The position numbers and the translations under genes were made by a program. From Lingula anatina (lineage: Eukaryota; Animalia; Brachiopoda), in NCBI GenBank assembly GCA_051362555.1, contig CM120641.1, positions 26,232,401-26,296,400 on the forward strand: a stretch of 64,000 nt of DNA. Reading direction: 5' to 3'. The notes below the pieces were generated by a model that saw nothing but the letters and a program-made list of their open reading frames with translations, ran no database searches and had not been told where the DNA came from. Of the stretch, positions 41,918 through 55,063 are shown one piece after another (the first letter of the stretch is position 1; each line of letters opens with the position of its first letter).

Positions 41918-42941
41918 TGTTATTCTCCACTAAAACATATGTACACAGTGTTTCAGCTTTGTTTCTGAGTTTGTCATGTTTAAAGATTCCTCGCCATGCA
42001 AAGGTTGTAGCGATACAAGGGGTGAATCCAGGATTATTTGAAGGGGCGATCCGTGGATGCGAAGCCCCCCCCCCCCCCCCCACGCCCCCCCCCCCCAGGG
42101 TATTGGTATTTTAGAGGGTGAACGGTGTCATTTGGTACGGTTTACAACTATGATTCTGCTAGTCAAAATTCTAATAATTCAAGAGGGGGTCTCTTTGGTG
42201 TAGGTTTTTTTTCAGTAATCGAAGGGGGGGGTCAGGACCCCCCTGTCAACCCCCCCTTAATTCGCCACTGTAAAGATGCTTGGTTCTGCCTTGGACGAAA
42301 TTCGTCCAACATACTGCCAAGTGTCTACAATTCTAGAATTCACGTTTCGATCTTTATGTCTCTTACCAAAGTCATTTTGCGAAATCCGTTATGTTTTTCC
42401 GTTACTAAATATAAACATGGGTGGACAACATTAAAGAACGGACCAATCGAAACGAGAGACATGACAGTCAACCTAGGCCTGCTGAGAGTGGATGGCACGA
42501 AATAATGACGATGATGATGATGATGAAGAAGATAACAAAACGTTCATTTTCGAGTCAATAACCAGTTATAGCTTGTGTATTTCGTCGTATACATATTGTT
42601 CCACAACCCGAGTTCATTTTCTCTTTTCATCTCCTTTTTTTTTTTTTTTTTTTTTTTTACTGTTCAATTATTAACTTGCATATTATGTTTAATGTCATTT
42701 TATTGCCAAGTTCTGTCAGCTTTAGTTTTTCGGTCTATAGTTTTTCACCGCCAGGCGATCGATATATTAATAACCCATCTTTTATATATTTCTCACTGCG
42801 GCTTTCGTGATGCAAGGGAGATTATAGTGCAAATTAATTTGACTTTAAAATACGGAACAAGTTCGTGATCTATGCACATTGTATCTTTGAACATGGCATT
42901 TTTATCTGTCTTCATACTAGCTGCTGATAAAACAAACTCAC

Positions 42942-42978
<37 letters not shown>

Positions 42979-45900
42979 GTCTTTCATGTAACAAGGACAA
43001 TTCCCTTTCCTCATATTAAATATAAATGATCTATTGTGTAATACTAATTACTAAACTTATCGATTCACAGCTTCTATATCTAGGCGTACAAGTATATCTG
43101 ATAAATCTTAGTATAATGTAAAATGATCGCCCAGCGTGTATTGGTGCTTTAAATTTTCTTAATTACAACACAAATCTTACTTGGAGTCGTTCTGACAAGC
43201 TCTGCCTGCACTGTAGGCTTGATGAGTTATAATCGCGTGATAATTTTTCCGGTGCTAAAAGATCATATCACTGGTTCGCAGTGTCTGGATGGGGAACATG
43301 TGCGATGGAATCTTCAGTCGAGTCATGTATTCTATACTTAATCACGCATAGTAGTTCTTCCCTTAACATTTGACTTGGTTTCTACTGTTTACACCTTAAG
43401 TAATGCACTCCACGACGAAATCGGGTCCTCGCCAACAGTAATTTCCTGCACGTGATCCGAAAACACATTAAGCTCATCGACTTGTTGAAATAACACCTTC
43501 AAAGATACCAACATAGAGATTCAATTTCTTTCATGCTCAAATGAAACACAAGGGAATGCATGTATTACGTCCCATATAATTTCTATAAGAGGGGTGGTTT
43601 ATTAATTCACTTAGATTTACAGTGTACTTATTTCGAATAGATAACTTTGTGTATCCAAACCATTACGCGTTGTTCTGACATGTTCAATATTCTCTATTGC
43701 CATTATTGTTGGTAGTTTAATTCATTTAATCATGCCCAAGGGGTTTGTTTTAGAAGGCAAGAACACAGAGACATTGACGAGGAAGACAAGCCGCTCGGAG
43801 CATCCGGCAGAGTTGGAGAAAACAAAAATGTAACAATCGATCGGGCGAAACATTTCTGAGGCACTTGTACTCCTTGGGCAGCGAGGTTCAAATTTTGTTC
43901 ATCTGAAGGCAAAAGTAAAACAACGTATTTCTTTTATTTTAACGGGAATAGAGGTTTGATATGTTAAAGCAAACGAACTTACAAAATTATCAACCACTCT
44001 CCGAAGAAAAAAAAGCAAATAAAACTAGTGAGATATATGACTCCTATTCCAGATTCAAAGGTTGTGTCTTAAATCTCTACCGCTCAACCGTTTTTCTAAC
44101 TTATGAACAATAAGACTGCAACAGTTCTGTTATCCCTTAATGGCCCGGTGATAAAGTACGCTGATGTAAATAGATATAACAAGAGTGCTTCTGGGAAAAC
44201 TAAATTGAGAAAAATCACTTGGGCCGTTGTGCTAATGGTCATATGGATTAACATTAAGACTGCAAACATCTCCTTATATTGCTTCGAAACATAGTTACCG
44301 TTCTGAATTAAAACAACATCTAAATCCCGTAAAAAGATCATACATGTTCCATGTCAGGGCTGGGTCCGATGTAATCGCCGCCCGTATATGACTGAACTTA
44401 TATGCTTACTGACTCTGAGTTTGACATATCCCATTCTCTCACTAGAGAGAGAGTTAGAGAGAGAGAGAGGAGAAGGAGGAGGTTTTTTAGTTCTTATATT
44501 TCTTATATTCCCCACAAATGTTCAGCCATCAATCATTCACACAATGGATAAAAAAATCTGCAAGGAAGTCGGTTAAGGAGTCAGCCTTCATATGATTAGA
44601 AGACTGACATAGTTTGTTCATCCAAAGATTGCTATGCAGACTTTTCATATGAAACCATTATAAAGTTTAATCAAAATCAATAGACGGAAATTCACAAGTA
44701 AATTTTTTAAAAAATCTGTGGAGATTTACTACTACTAGTAATAATATTCTTAAACAAAAGTTTAACTGCTAAAATCATCACAAACCAACCCATACGCACA
44801 TTCATACATATATACACATAATACATAGGCCTACATATGCATACAATGTACATACATACATACATACATACATGCATACATACATACATACTGTCAACAT
44901 ATTTATGCATCTATTTATCAGCTTGTCTATGGATCCCGACCTCTCCTTAGTTCTGCGATTCTGGTTCATAACTACCATGATCTGCAAGATTACTGACATT
45001 TACAGCGCGATTCGATGTAAAAGCTCCCATCAATTTCTCAAAGGTTCAGATTGCCTTGGTTTGGATAAATCCCAAACCATGCGTGTCCCATGTGTATAAA
45101 AGCCTTGTGAATCCTACTTTGTTTTCTTTCGTATAAATTCTGCACCGATTGGATGAAATGCAACATGCCCGTCACTCAAATAAGTAAAATACATGTGTAG
45201 CATCATGGTGTATCATATTCAATTGTCGACATTTATGTAATTTCGGTTGGTTATAAAAACTGGTTAACTTTATATACTTAAAACGAATTGGACTTTTGCG
45301 TACCTTTGACCTCTTGATCCCAAGCTTCTCAGGGGTACCTTAAAATTTGTGCTTTCCTTGCGTCTTCAGTGGAGGTTTAAAAAGAAACACTATATCTTGC
45401 TTTTTATCGGCACGGTGTCATTGTTCTGCTTGAGAATTCAGAGGTGGTGAGCATGAACAAAACTAACGACCATATTTACAAGATCGACCTCGCTTCGGCC
45501 GGCTTCCTGCAGGATTTCCATCCGAATCCGTTCACCATTCAGCGGAGCTTGCAATGCAGTTGGCTTACTGTGCAGAAAGTAGTGCCGTTGGCAGTCTAGG
45601 GCATTGTGGTAGATGGCAGCATACGTGATTCCTCGCTGCTTTGTCGGTATCCCTTTTTTTTCAGGGATCATTCCTTGTGTTCAAAAATTGAACTGAAGTT
45701 CGCGGTATGGATCGTAGGGAAACTGGGTCTTTTGTTATGGCTCCTTTTATTGACGGTAGAGACTGGTACCTTGAATAAATGGCTCAATAATTAAAGTGCT
45801 GCCGAGCAACTGGGAAAATCAGGATGTTTTCTGGAATGCATGAATCAATATTTCTAACCTCCAGGGAAGCTGAATGTAGCTTAATCAAGGAATTATAAAG

Positions 45901-46008
45901 TATACGATGCAATCACGTAAGCTATGTGGAACCCTAATACATTTGGGACTATAGTGAGCCGCTTTCAGCAATAATTTGTGCATATTTGTCTAATAGAGCA
46001 TTTTTAAT

Positions 46009-46010
<2 letters not shown>

Positions 46011-46043
<33 letters not shown>
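46011..46043. repeat. (GT)n microsatellite
   Basis: Directly visible. Confidence 0.95.
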
Positions 46044-46045
<2 letters not shown>

Positions 46046-49000
46046 TCATCTACTTACAATGCCGCCACACAAGGGAGGTCACTTAAATTGGATTAATTGT
46101 GGCAAGATATAACGAACTATGAATGACATCACGTAAGATTCTGTCATATTCGCTCTACGCATGAATATTGTGATCATCCAACATTTTTACCGCCGGGTAA
46201 AATTATTGGTGCACCAGTTGATAAAAAATGGCTTCCAGTCCTTTGCCCATGAAATATGGATTAGCTCTCATTTGGTACAGACGTGAAATATTGCCTCTCA
46301 GGTATTTTATGTTTCTTCTGGGATGAAAGTCAATTATGTCATGTATTGTGCATTTAACAATGGAGATAAAAATGTATACAAGCGTTCCCTGTAAATTGAT
46401 GTAACTATTCCATGCGCTCACTTTGTTGATTGTCCATAGAAATTGTATACATTGTAAACTACAAACACTATTAACAATGTTTACTGACTGTTTGTTTGAT
46501 TTGTAATTACTACAAACCTGAAGGTCGGCTCATCTTTTGTTGATCCCACTGCAAACGCAATATTTACATTACTTTGAGTCGACAACTGAAAGAAATCTGT
46601 CTCTTCTCCTTGACTCTGTCATGAATTATCTATGCAATTCTATAGATAAAATCTAAAGTAAAAATCGCATTCACCGTGGATACATTGAATACAATTTCGT
46701 TTTTCCCCAAGCTTTATTTGTTCAATTACAATCACAGAACGCTATTAAAACCTCGAATATATGTTATAGAAATAAATACACATACACTTTCCAAACATTG
46801 TCCCCAGAAAATGATTTGCCAATAAGTGCCAAGACATGAAGTAATTCAATCAATCAATTGCGACAGGCCTGGACGCGTTAACTTTGCTGCAGTCAATTTT
46901 GTTTTCAAAATTGTTTTCTCGTTTCTCAAAGTAACGCACATGGCATGAACTGCTGAGGACAACAACAATGTTAAATAGCAACCACGTTTATGCTGCCGAC
47001 AAAAAAAAAACAAAACAAAAAAAAAAACTTTGAACAACCTATAAAACTATGTACAGATGTATCAGTCATGTCCATTTTTTATTTTTTTATTATCATATAT
47101 TTCATTTATTATTTTCATAGAACATGTAACGTAAGAATGAAGGTAAATGTTTATGCCGCTGCTTTCGAATAGATAAGATGAGAAATTAGGCTGTGCAGTT
47201 TCCGATAGAACTATCTTGTTATGCTTATCATATAGTCTAATAGGATATTGCTTCTTATGTATCCAGGCTCACAATTGTGATATATTTCCTCCATTATGCA
47301 ATCGTGTCAGAAAAACTTACAGTAATGAAGTGAAAAGGCATTCAGCCGAAAATGAATGGACACAACGGAAAATATATGTACCAACTAAAGCATTAAAAAT
47401 TGCGCAACAGCAACATTCATTAAGGATGCGTAAAAGGGATCAAATGTTAATAAAACTGGCTGCACTGTAGGTCTATCTGCTATGATCATCAATTTTTTTC
47501 AATTGTTGGACCACGTGCTTTAATTGAAAAAAAAAACAGTAATGACATATCGCCGATTTGGTCTCTGATAAGTATGGTTCATTTGAACTCTATCATATCG
47601 ATCCGTTTGAGGTTTGTATTTTCACGGAAGGTCATGAAAAGTCCAGAACGTTCAAAGAAATATACCGTTATCACGCATACCAAAGTAAAGAGCACTTAGC
47701 TTATTCAGGCATGAAAAATACCAGAATGTTATATAATAAGATTCTAAAAAACCCTTTCGCCAGGAAATGATTTTATCATGATAAGGTCTGTGTGTAGTAG
47801 GTAAGTTAAGTCTGGAATAAATGTTATTCTGATAATTAAAATTAGAATTGCACTTCATAAATATAAAGATAAATAGTTAAGTACGTTTTTAATATGTGTT
47901 ATTATGGCAACTTGAGTGTGAGTGTTAACTGCATCGTGTGTGTTTGTGTGATACCATGGCAAGTTGGCGACAAATGTGCACGTGTTTGTTATGATGCAAT
48001 ATGCATGTGTGCGTGTGTGCGCGCATGCGCGTGCGTGTATGATAACATGCTTAGTGCAAGTAAAAATATGAACTCAAGTGCCTTATTGATCTAAGGATTG
48101 CGTGTTAGTAAGTGAAAAGAAACAAGACAATTATTGTCTCATGCAGATTTTACGAGAGCAGCTGGAGTTTGGCAAGATGTATTCAGTGAGGAATTAAGAA
48201 TCGGGAAAGAATGAGGATCATGATGAAGAAGAAACAAATGCAATGGTGGAATTTCAGTGCATCCTCTTGGAGATAATACACCTTCATATCAACAACATTA
48301 TTACCGTTCAAAATACAAGGAATATATGCTATAAATTTGGGAAACAAAGAGGAAAAAAACGCAGAACAGATTAAGGCACTCATAACCTTCTTTGACTCTC
48401 AGGAAGGATTAATATTACTGCAAAAAATTTGTTAATACCATCAGATTATGTTACGACTTTTAACTTACAGGTTGTTGTGGATGCACAAGTAGCGTGTTCT
48501 TTGATAGGGAATCTCGACTCCTAGAAATGAACTCATAGTTTTTCGCAAGTTATTTGTAAATGTTGTTTTATTTTCAGTTAAAGTCCCTATAGATTAAGCA
48601 ACACAGACACTGTTATGTCAGCGAACGGTGTACTTACACCTGGATTATGTAGTCGAAATATGATAACTTTATAAGATTGGCTTATATATTTAGACTGAAA
48701 ATCCCTAAGAATCACATTTATTTTGATTTATCGGGGTAACAAGTAATGGAATGTTTATTTATTTTTGTGCACCTGTAATAAAGACAGCCACTTGACAAAT
48801 GTACGTGATGGTATAGGTTAATTTGAAAGGTACATGTATGCCTACGCAGCGTTTGCATCTCGTAGGCCTACCTTGTAAACTCAGGCCGTTGATCAGTTAT
48901 TTGTTGATTTATTGAAACAAAATGCCACATTTCGATGTTTTTCGCAGCTTCGATTACAAAATATTGGCTTCAGTGTATGCCTTTTCTTACTTTACGACAG

Positions 49001-52000
49001 ACAAAGAAGTTGAATGCGCGATTTGTTTTTCTGGGGGAAAAAAGGACAGGACTGAATCCTACGATAAAAATGAAGTTAATTGCAAGTCTATCATGAAACT
49101 GCATGCCAGGCGAGAGCAAATTTGCTGTATTGGAGTAAAAAGGAACGAAGAAGAAGAAGCGGCAATTAGACGTGGCTTTCTATTCAGTTGTTTATAATTG
49201 ACATGTTCACCTGAGCAACTGATGATTCATCGAAATGTTTTTATGCGATTAATGAACTTCCTGATCTTGGAGCGCTGTTCATAATTCCCATTATCACTTC
49301 CATCTACGCAGTCGGTACCTTGACGGTTAGCCTAATAGTGACAATTAACGTTCGTTTTCACCGGGGGATCGCGGAGCGGACTCCAGGTGACGTTAACCCA
49401 CATGTTAGGAGGGTTCAAATTAGAATATCGTAATGAGGAGGTATTATGTAATGTCGTATTATCAATAATAATCCCATATTAAATGTCATATTGTGCCCAT
49501 AGCCAACCCCCAGTGTTACGCGTATAGAATAAACGCGCTTTACCGATGAAGTTAACTGTAGGCCTTTCACGCCTTATGAGAACCGATTTGCATTTTACAG
49601 GAGATGAAGAAGCGGTGGTTATAAGACGCTGGTTTCTTTTCAGTCGTTTATTATAATTACCTGGTCACAAGGTATAAGCATATTCATACTGCTTGCATCA
49701 CCGTGAAATACAACAGCCGGTCTTGAGTTATGTCTAATTACATCCATAATATGGGAATCAACGTTCCTATGTTACACGGAAAAACAGTAGACCTATCGAT
49801 CGATCGCGATAAAGCGCATATCAATTATGCGTTTCTTCTCAATTCCTTGTTTTCGACACGTATAACATTTGAGCTAAACAAAGGACAACAACGAAATAAG
49901 TCTTATCCAAAATATATTTCGGCTATGTCATTTTACTGTGCGTCTTATCTTACACAATTTGATGTTTGGAATGACTGTCTTGCGCATGCGCTGTTACTGT
50001 GACAAGCCGCCTCTCACTGGTTTCGTCACTGACTATACATTATGACACATCGTGATTTCCGAGTCAGTCAGTCACGCGAGAACCATATTTCGGAACCCGG
50101 TGGTACGCTTTATTTAGTATGGACTGAGATCTATAGGAAAGCGACATGTTTTCATCAACACGTAATGCAGATTATTTCGCCAACGACGCTGGAAAAGTAA
50201 CGCACCCACAAATAATGTTGAAATTATGCTGATGCCCGTCTTCAAATAAGAGAAAAATGAAGAAACTAGCTATAAAATTGCTAGCAGATTGGTGTGTTCT
50301 CCTAACCACCATTCTCTGTATCAAAATACAAGGTAAGTCAAACGTCTCTGTGTGTATGTTTAGTGTGTTTGTGTGTGAGTGTGTCGACGTGAAGTACGAA
50401 GTCATCGAATCAAATGTGCCCTACCTATTGTTATACCATAAGTGCTATTAAAAGTGATTTTGTAGAATTTGTCATCAGTGCCCCGTCTCCGAAATGACAG
50501 AATTTGAATCAAATAATAGTCGTGAAGATACCCTTGTTGCAAAAGGCAAACAGAAGCAGAAAACCAAAGAAACAGTCAATATGGGCATGATATGAATAAA
50601 CAAAATCATTGTTTACATACGAGAAATGGAAACGTGAAATATTTCTGTTGATGTGAATGATTTTCGAAGTATTTTTGATCAATGAAGATAATTGACGCAG
50701 TTGCCTGTTCTACAATTTATTTTCTCTCTCTTTGCCCATTGATTGTGCCGAGCATGTACCGTAAATAGTGGTACGAGGTAACAGTTACCGATTCATTTTC
50801 AGTCCATCACCATCTCTTGTAATTTAACCCCTTTTGACTCTGAGTTTGATATTCTATTACACTATTATTTCTTGTTTATTTTCAATTTCTCTGTTGACAA
50901 AGACCGCTAACCATAAGGCACTATGCAGCTGTGATGGTTGGTTTGGTCCAGTTTTCGTACACACAGTCCCCCCGACTCCTATCTTGATCAGAGACTAAAG
51001 GAGGGCGAATGGGTCATTTCTATATCCACTAGATACGGTTTAGCAAAACAAGATGTTTCCAAATCACGCGTCAAAAACGTGAAGGACCAATTCATTTTGG
51101 CTTTACCGAGACTTACAATGGAACGTAAATAATTTTCCCGATTTGCTTTATAAATGACCACGCTGAACGGCAAGTAACACAATTCTTAATTGTCGACTGT
51201 TTGGTACAGAAAAGAGATTGACTTTTATACTTGAAACTTATCCTCGGTTTCTTTTCAAAATGTTTGAAAAAATGATGAAGTTCATTAAAACGTGGGGAGG
51301 TTATCGTAAGCTCACACCCTCGCATTTGAAGAATTTGTATCTAGCTGATTATACTGCTTTACACCTAACATATTCTTGTTTGTGCAAAACAGTAAAAATC
51401 GACTTCAAAACCAAAAGTTATAGGGGGGATATGAAACATGCATATATGTCAGAGATCGATGACAATGATGTATGTCAAAATTCCCTAATACGTTTTGTGT
51501 TCCGACGTGGTAAACTAAAGGGATCCCTTTATTTTTGACGGATATTTCGGAAGTAAAACGCAATGCATCAAACTTGGCTGAAGTGCTTAGGATAATATAA
51601 CTGTTTTTGTGTGGTATCTATGACAACGCAACATTACCGGTCTCTTCATTTTTCTAGTGCTTCTGCAATGACACCGTTTGAGCTCCATTTCCGCAAGCTC
51701 ATTCGCATGTTACATAAACTATTTTCGTATATTAACAAATTGGTACAGAAAGCATTGTAAAGTGATTACACAAAGTATATAATATGGTATAGTATAAGGG
51801 TGGCGTGATTTCTTACATTGTGTAAAATTACCTAATGGTATACCTTTGAAGTAGAGGTGCGAAGGGGCGTCTGTGTGCAAAAACAGGCGTTAGGATTCAA
51901 TGCTTTCTTCACCCCTAAACCTTGGCCTTTGTATTGCAAGAAAACAGCGCGGTCTCTAGGGCTGGGTAAACAGTTAAACGGATTACCTTTTGAACTCGTC

Positions 52001-53176
52001 AACCTGTTGGGGATTACCCCTTAAACTATTCTTTATGTGAAGCATCATTTTTAATTCTTTCGCAAATTAACACTTCTGTGCTAATCAATACAGTCCTCCG
52101 GGGGAAAAAAATCCAAAGTCTAGCGTCCTTCTCTTTGAAGAGCGCTTCAGTTGTGGCCGAGGTGGTAACTTAAAACTAAATTCCCTCCGTACAACTGCCA
52201 AAACAGCGTTTCGTTACCATGGTTACCGGCTCTGGATATCCATATTATGTCAATTTCATTGTCTTGTTTCCCACGACGGTGTAAAGGGTTTTGATGAATA
52301 TTTCATGATGCAGCACCTATCAACGAACTAACATTATAATGGTTGCAGTCACTTCCTGCCATCGATCGGATGGAATATACTTTTTTTTTATTTCTCTTTC
52401 CCGAAATCCCATACTGGCGAGTGCCGATACTAGTGTCATCAAATGGGATTTCGCATCTAGATTATACGGGATTCCATCTCCTTCACCTGACGTAAGTGCA
52501 CTTCTTACCGCCTCTTCGGCATGTTTCGTGGAAATGGCGTGTCGTTTTATGCAGTTACTGAAAACACTTTTTTTTTCATCACAACCAAGTTGGCGAAAAA
52601 ATGCGTGGATTCCGTTCTTGTTCATTTAAAGCTGAGTCGTTCCCTTAGCTTATATAAAATGAATAATCGTGAAATTGGTTAAAATACGCGCAGATCCTGA
52701 TGTCGAAAGAGGAAAGAGCAGATACAGACATTCAAGGCTGCTTTTTATTCATAAATATATTTTGGCTTCCTTTCTCAATACTTCAGGCCCCTTTACACGG
52801 GACGGCGTCCTTTCTCCATCCTGTAGTACAGCCCTGTTTGAGAGTGAAAAAAAAAACAATGATACTTTACGTGCCGACAACTGGCCGATCATTGAGCATT
52901 CATTTTGCATCGAAAGCGATGCTTGTGCCTCTTTTTTTTACGACCACAGCGATGCCAGTTTCATGGTATCACGAAGGACGCAGAAAGGACGCCGTCCAGT
53001 GTGAAGGGGGCTTTCCGAAGGCCTTTACAACTTGGGCACATGTCATTCTGTCAGAAAACCGTCATTTTGCATAATCGCTTTACAAGAAATTTTTTTATTA
53101 ACGGATTAATGCCCACAATCAAATCATCAACATCTAAAAATCATGTTTAAATTAAATCAATTCCAACTTAGACCTA

Positions 53177-54837
53177 CAGGGTTACCACTTAATATGGAAT
53201 ATTTTTTATCATTGTTATTTTTGAGTGCTGATTAATTTTTTTTTGGCTTGAGTCATTAAAAAAGTATGTCACTGATTGATAATAACATCCAGTCTTCTGT
53301 TGTGAGATATTTTGGTCAATAATATTAAATCTGACATAAGATGCCATTCAAAAGAAAGGAACACCCCCAGAAAACCATATCAACAGTTTGATGTCAGTAT
53401 AAACTTTAAGCTAAGATATTAAAGAAAATGATAGCCTCCGGACAGTGATATGTTACACAGTCAAAGAACTCACTACAGTAAATCATGAAAAGTCAGTAAT
53501 TGCGGGTATGACCTCCAGCAGCCGCTTGCAGCGCCTTCATCCTACATGGCATATCCTGTGGCACGTTTTTTAAGAGTTTGGGTGGAGATATCATTCCACG
53601 CAGTGATATTTGCCTGTCGCAGTTCATCACTATTTACCGGCCGAGGACCATAGCTATTAATTCTGTGAGTTACTTCCGCCCACAAATTTTCAATTGGGTT
53701 CATATCTGGAGAGTTTGCAGGCCAGGGCAGTTGCTGAACCCATTGGTTTTGAAGAAAAACGGTGATTCTGTGGCCTCGATGTGGGGTTGCGCAGTCGTCT
53801 TGGTACACAAAGTTGTTCCTGAAGATGAATCTTACCAATCGAAGCACTGTTTGCTGTAGAATGTCTCTGTAGGAATCCTGGATGAGGTTGCCTCCTAGAA
53901 AAACCAACTGGTTCTGGGTACCGACATGAAATGCTCCCCAAACAGAGACGTTACCATCCCCTCCTTTCACCCTAGGCAGTACATAATCATTGTTTTATGC
54001 TCCTCGTACACGTCGGTGGACACGGATTCGACGATCAACCCTAAAAAATCCATATCTGGCCTTATCACTGAAAACAACGTGATTCCAGTGTTTTGGCTGC
54101 AAACGCACGTGGTCCCCAACCCTTTGCAGACGTCGCTGTATATGACCTGATGTTAACAGTGGTTTCCCTACTGGCCTTCGTGCAAAATAACCGGCTTGCA
54201 GAAATATCTTGTTCACGTGGGACCTTGAAACGGGCGTTTGAATGACATTCTGCCTCTCTTTTCTGAGGACACTGGTTGTCTTTGTACGACCAGCACGGCG
54301 TCCACTAAGGAGAAAGCGATCCTGTCTTCTTGGTGTGATACGCGGACACCCTGGTCGAGGTATTGGAGTAGGTGCCCCTGTAGCAGCATTTCTTTGGAGG
54401 ACTTCACAAACGGTTCCTGATAAATGTTGAATTACCTGGCAATGGCTGTCCGTTTCTGGCCATTTTCTCTGAGAGCAAGAATCCCATAGTACGCTGCGTT
54501 GCTTTGCTGTCGTACCATATCTTCACTAAGGTACCTGTCAAGTTTCAGAGCGATCCCTTTGTTGCTTCTCTAAACACGCCCCAAAGATTGACCAAACCCA
54601 TGCGTTTTTATACAAGGGCAGAAATTGCCGAAAAGACCACCCCTCACATTTCTGACCACAGAACATGCAACTGCATGCATCAATTGTTTCGAGAGTTGTG
54701 TGGTAATTAGGTAACACATCTGGCTACACATGGAGTGACACCTCAGCTTTGGATTTAATGTACTTTGAGAGAAATTAAATATTTTGTAGAAAATTTATTC
54801 GCCAAAAAATAATATTCCATATTAAGTGGTAACCCTG
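53177..54837 (-). mobile_element. Tc1/mariner DNA transposon, 1661 bp, both ends intact
   Basis: Perfect 27-bp TIRs cagggttaccacttaatatggaatatt (53177-53203 and 54811-54837), with TA on both flanks. Confidence 0.96.
53542..54518 (-). pseudogene. Disrupted Tc1-like DDE transposase
   Basis: Motifs WNHVVFSD, VYQDDCATPH and WPANSPDMNPIENLW are split across separate ORFs. There is an in-frame TAA after MVRQQSNAAYYGILALRENGQKRTAIAR. Confidence 0.92.
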
Positions 54838-54852
54838 TATATGAAGTAGCTG

Positions 54853-54864
54853 GCCCCAGTTTCA

Positions 54865-54913
<49 letters not shown>

Positions 54914-55063
54914 CGAAGTTCCCTGGCTTAGTTGACTAGGATTTCCATGAGAGTGCTGTAACACTGCTCCTAATAGGGTAAGATGTAACCATGTGACCTT
55001 GTAACCTTGATAATTAAGTGCTTAGCCAGGGAACCTGACTAAAGTTTTTTGTGAAACTGGGGC
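54853..55063. mobile_element. MITE with TIR GCCCCAGTTTCACAAAAAA, flanked by CTG...CTG
   Basis: Perfect TIRs; the interior is homologous to 1532-1725 in reverse orientation. Confidence 0.85.

Noticed and set aside
43730-44341. Short hydrophobic or Cys-containing minus-strand ORFs
   Set aside because: No coherent exon chain or family signature could be built.
52213-52226. X-box-like GTTACCATGGTTAC
   Set aside because: No gene start identified nearby.
52320-53150. Cluster of 80-124 aa overlapping ORFs beside the Tc1 element
   Set aside because: They lie outside the TIRs, with no recognisable motifs or consistent splice chain; possibly decayed repeat.
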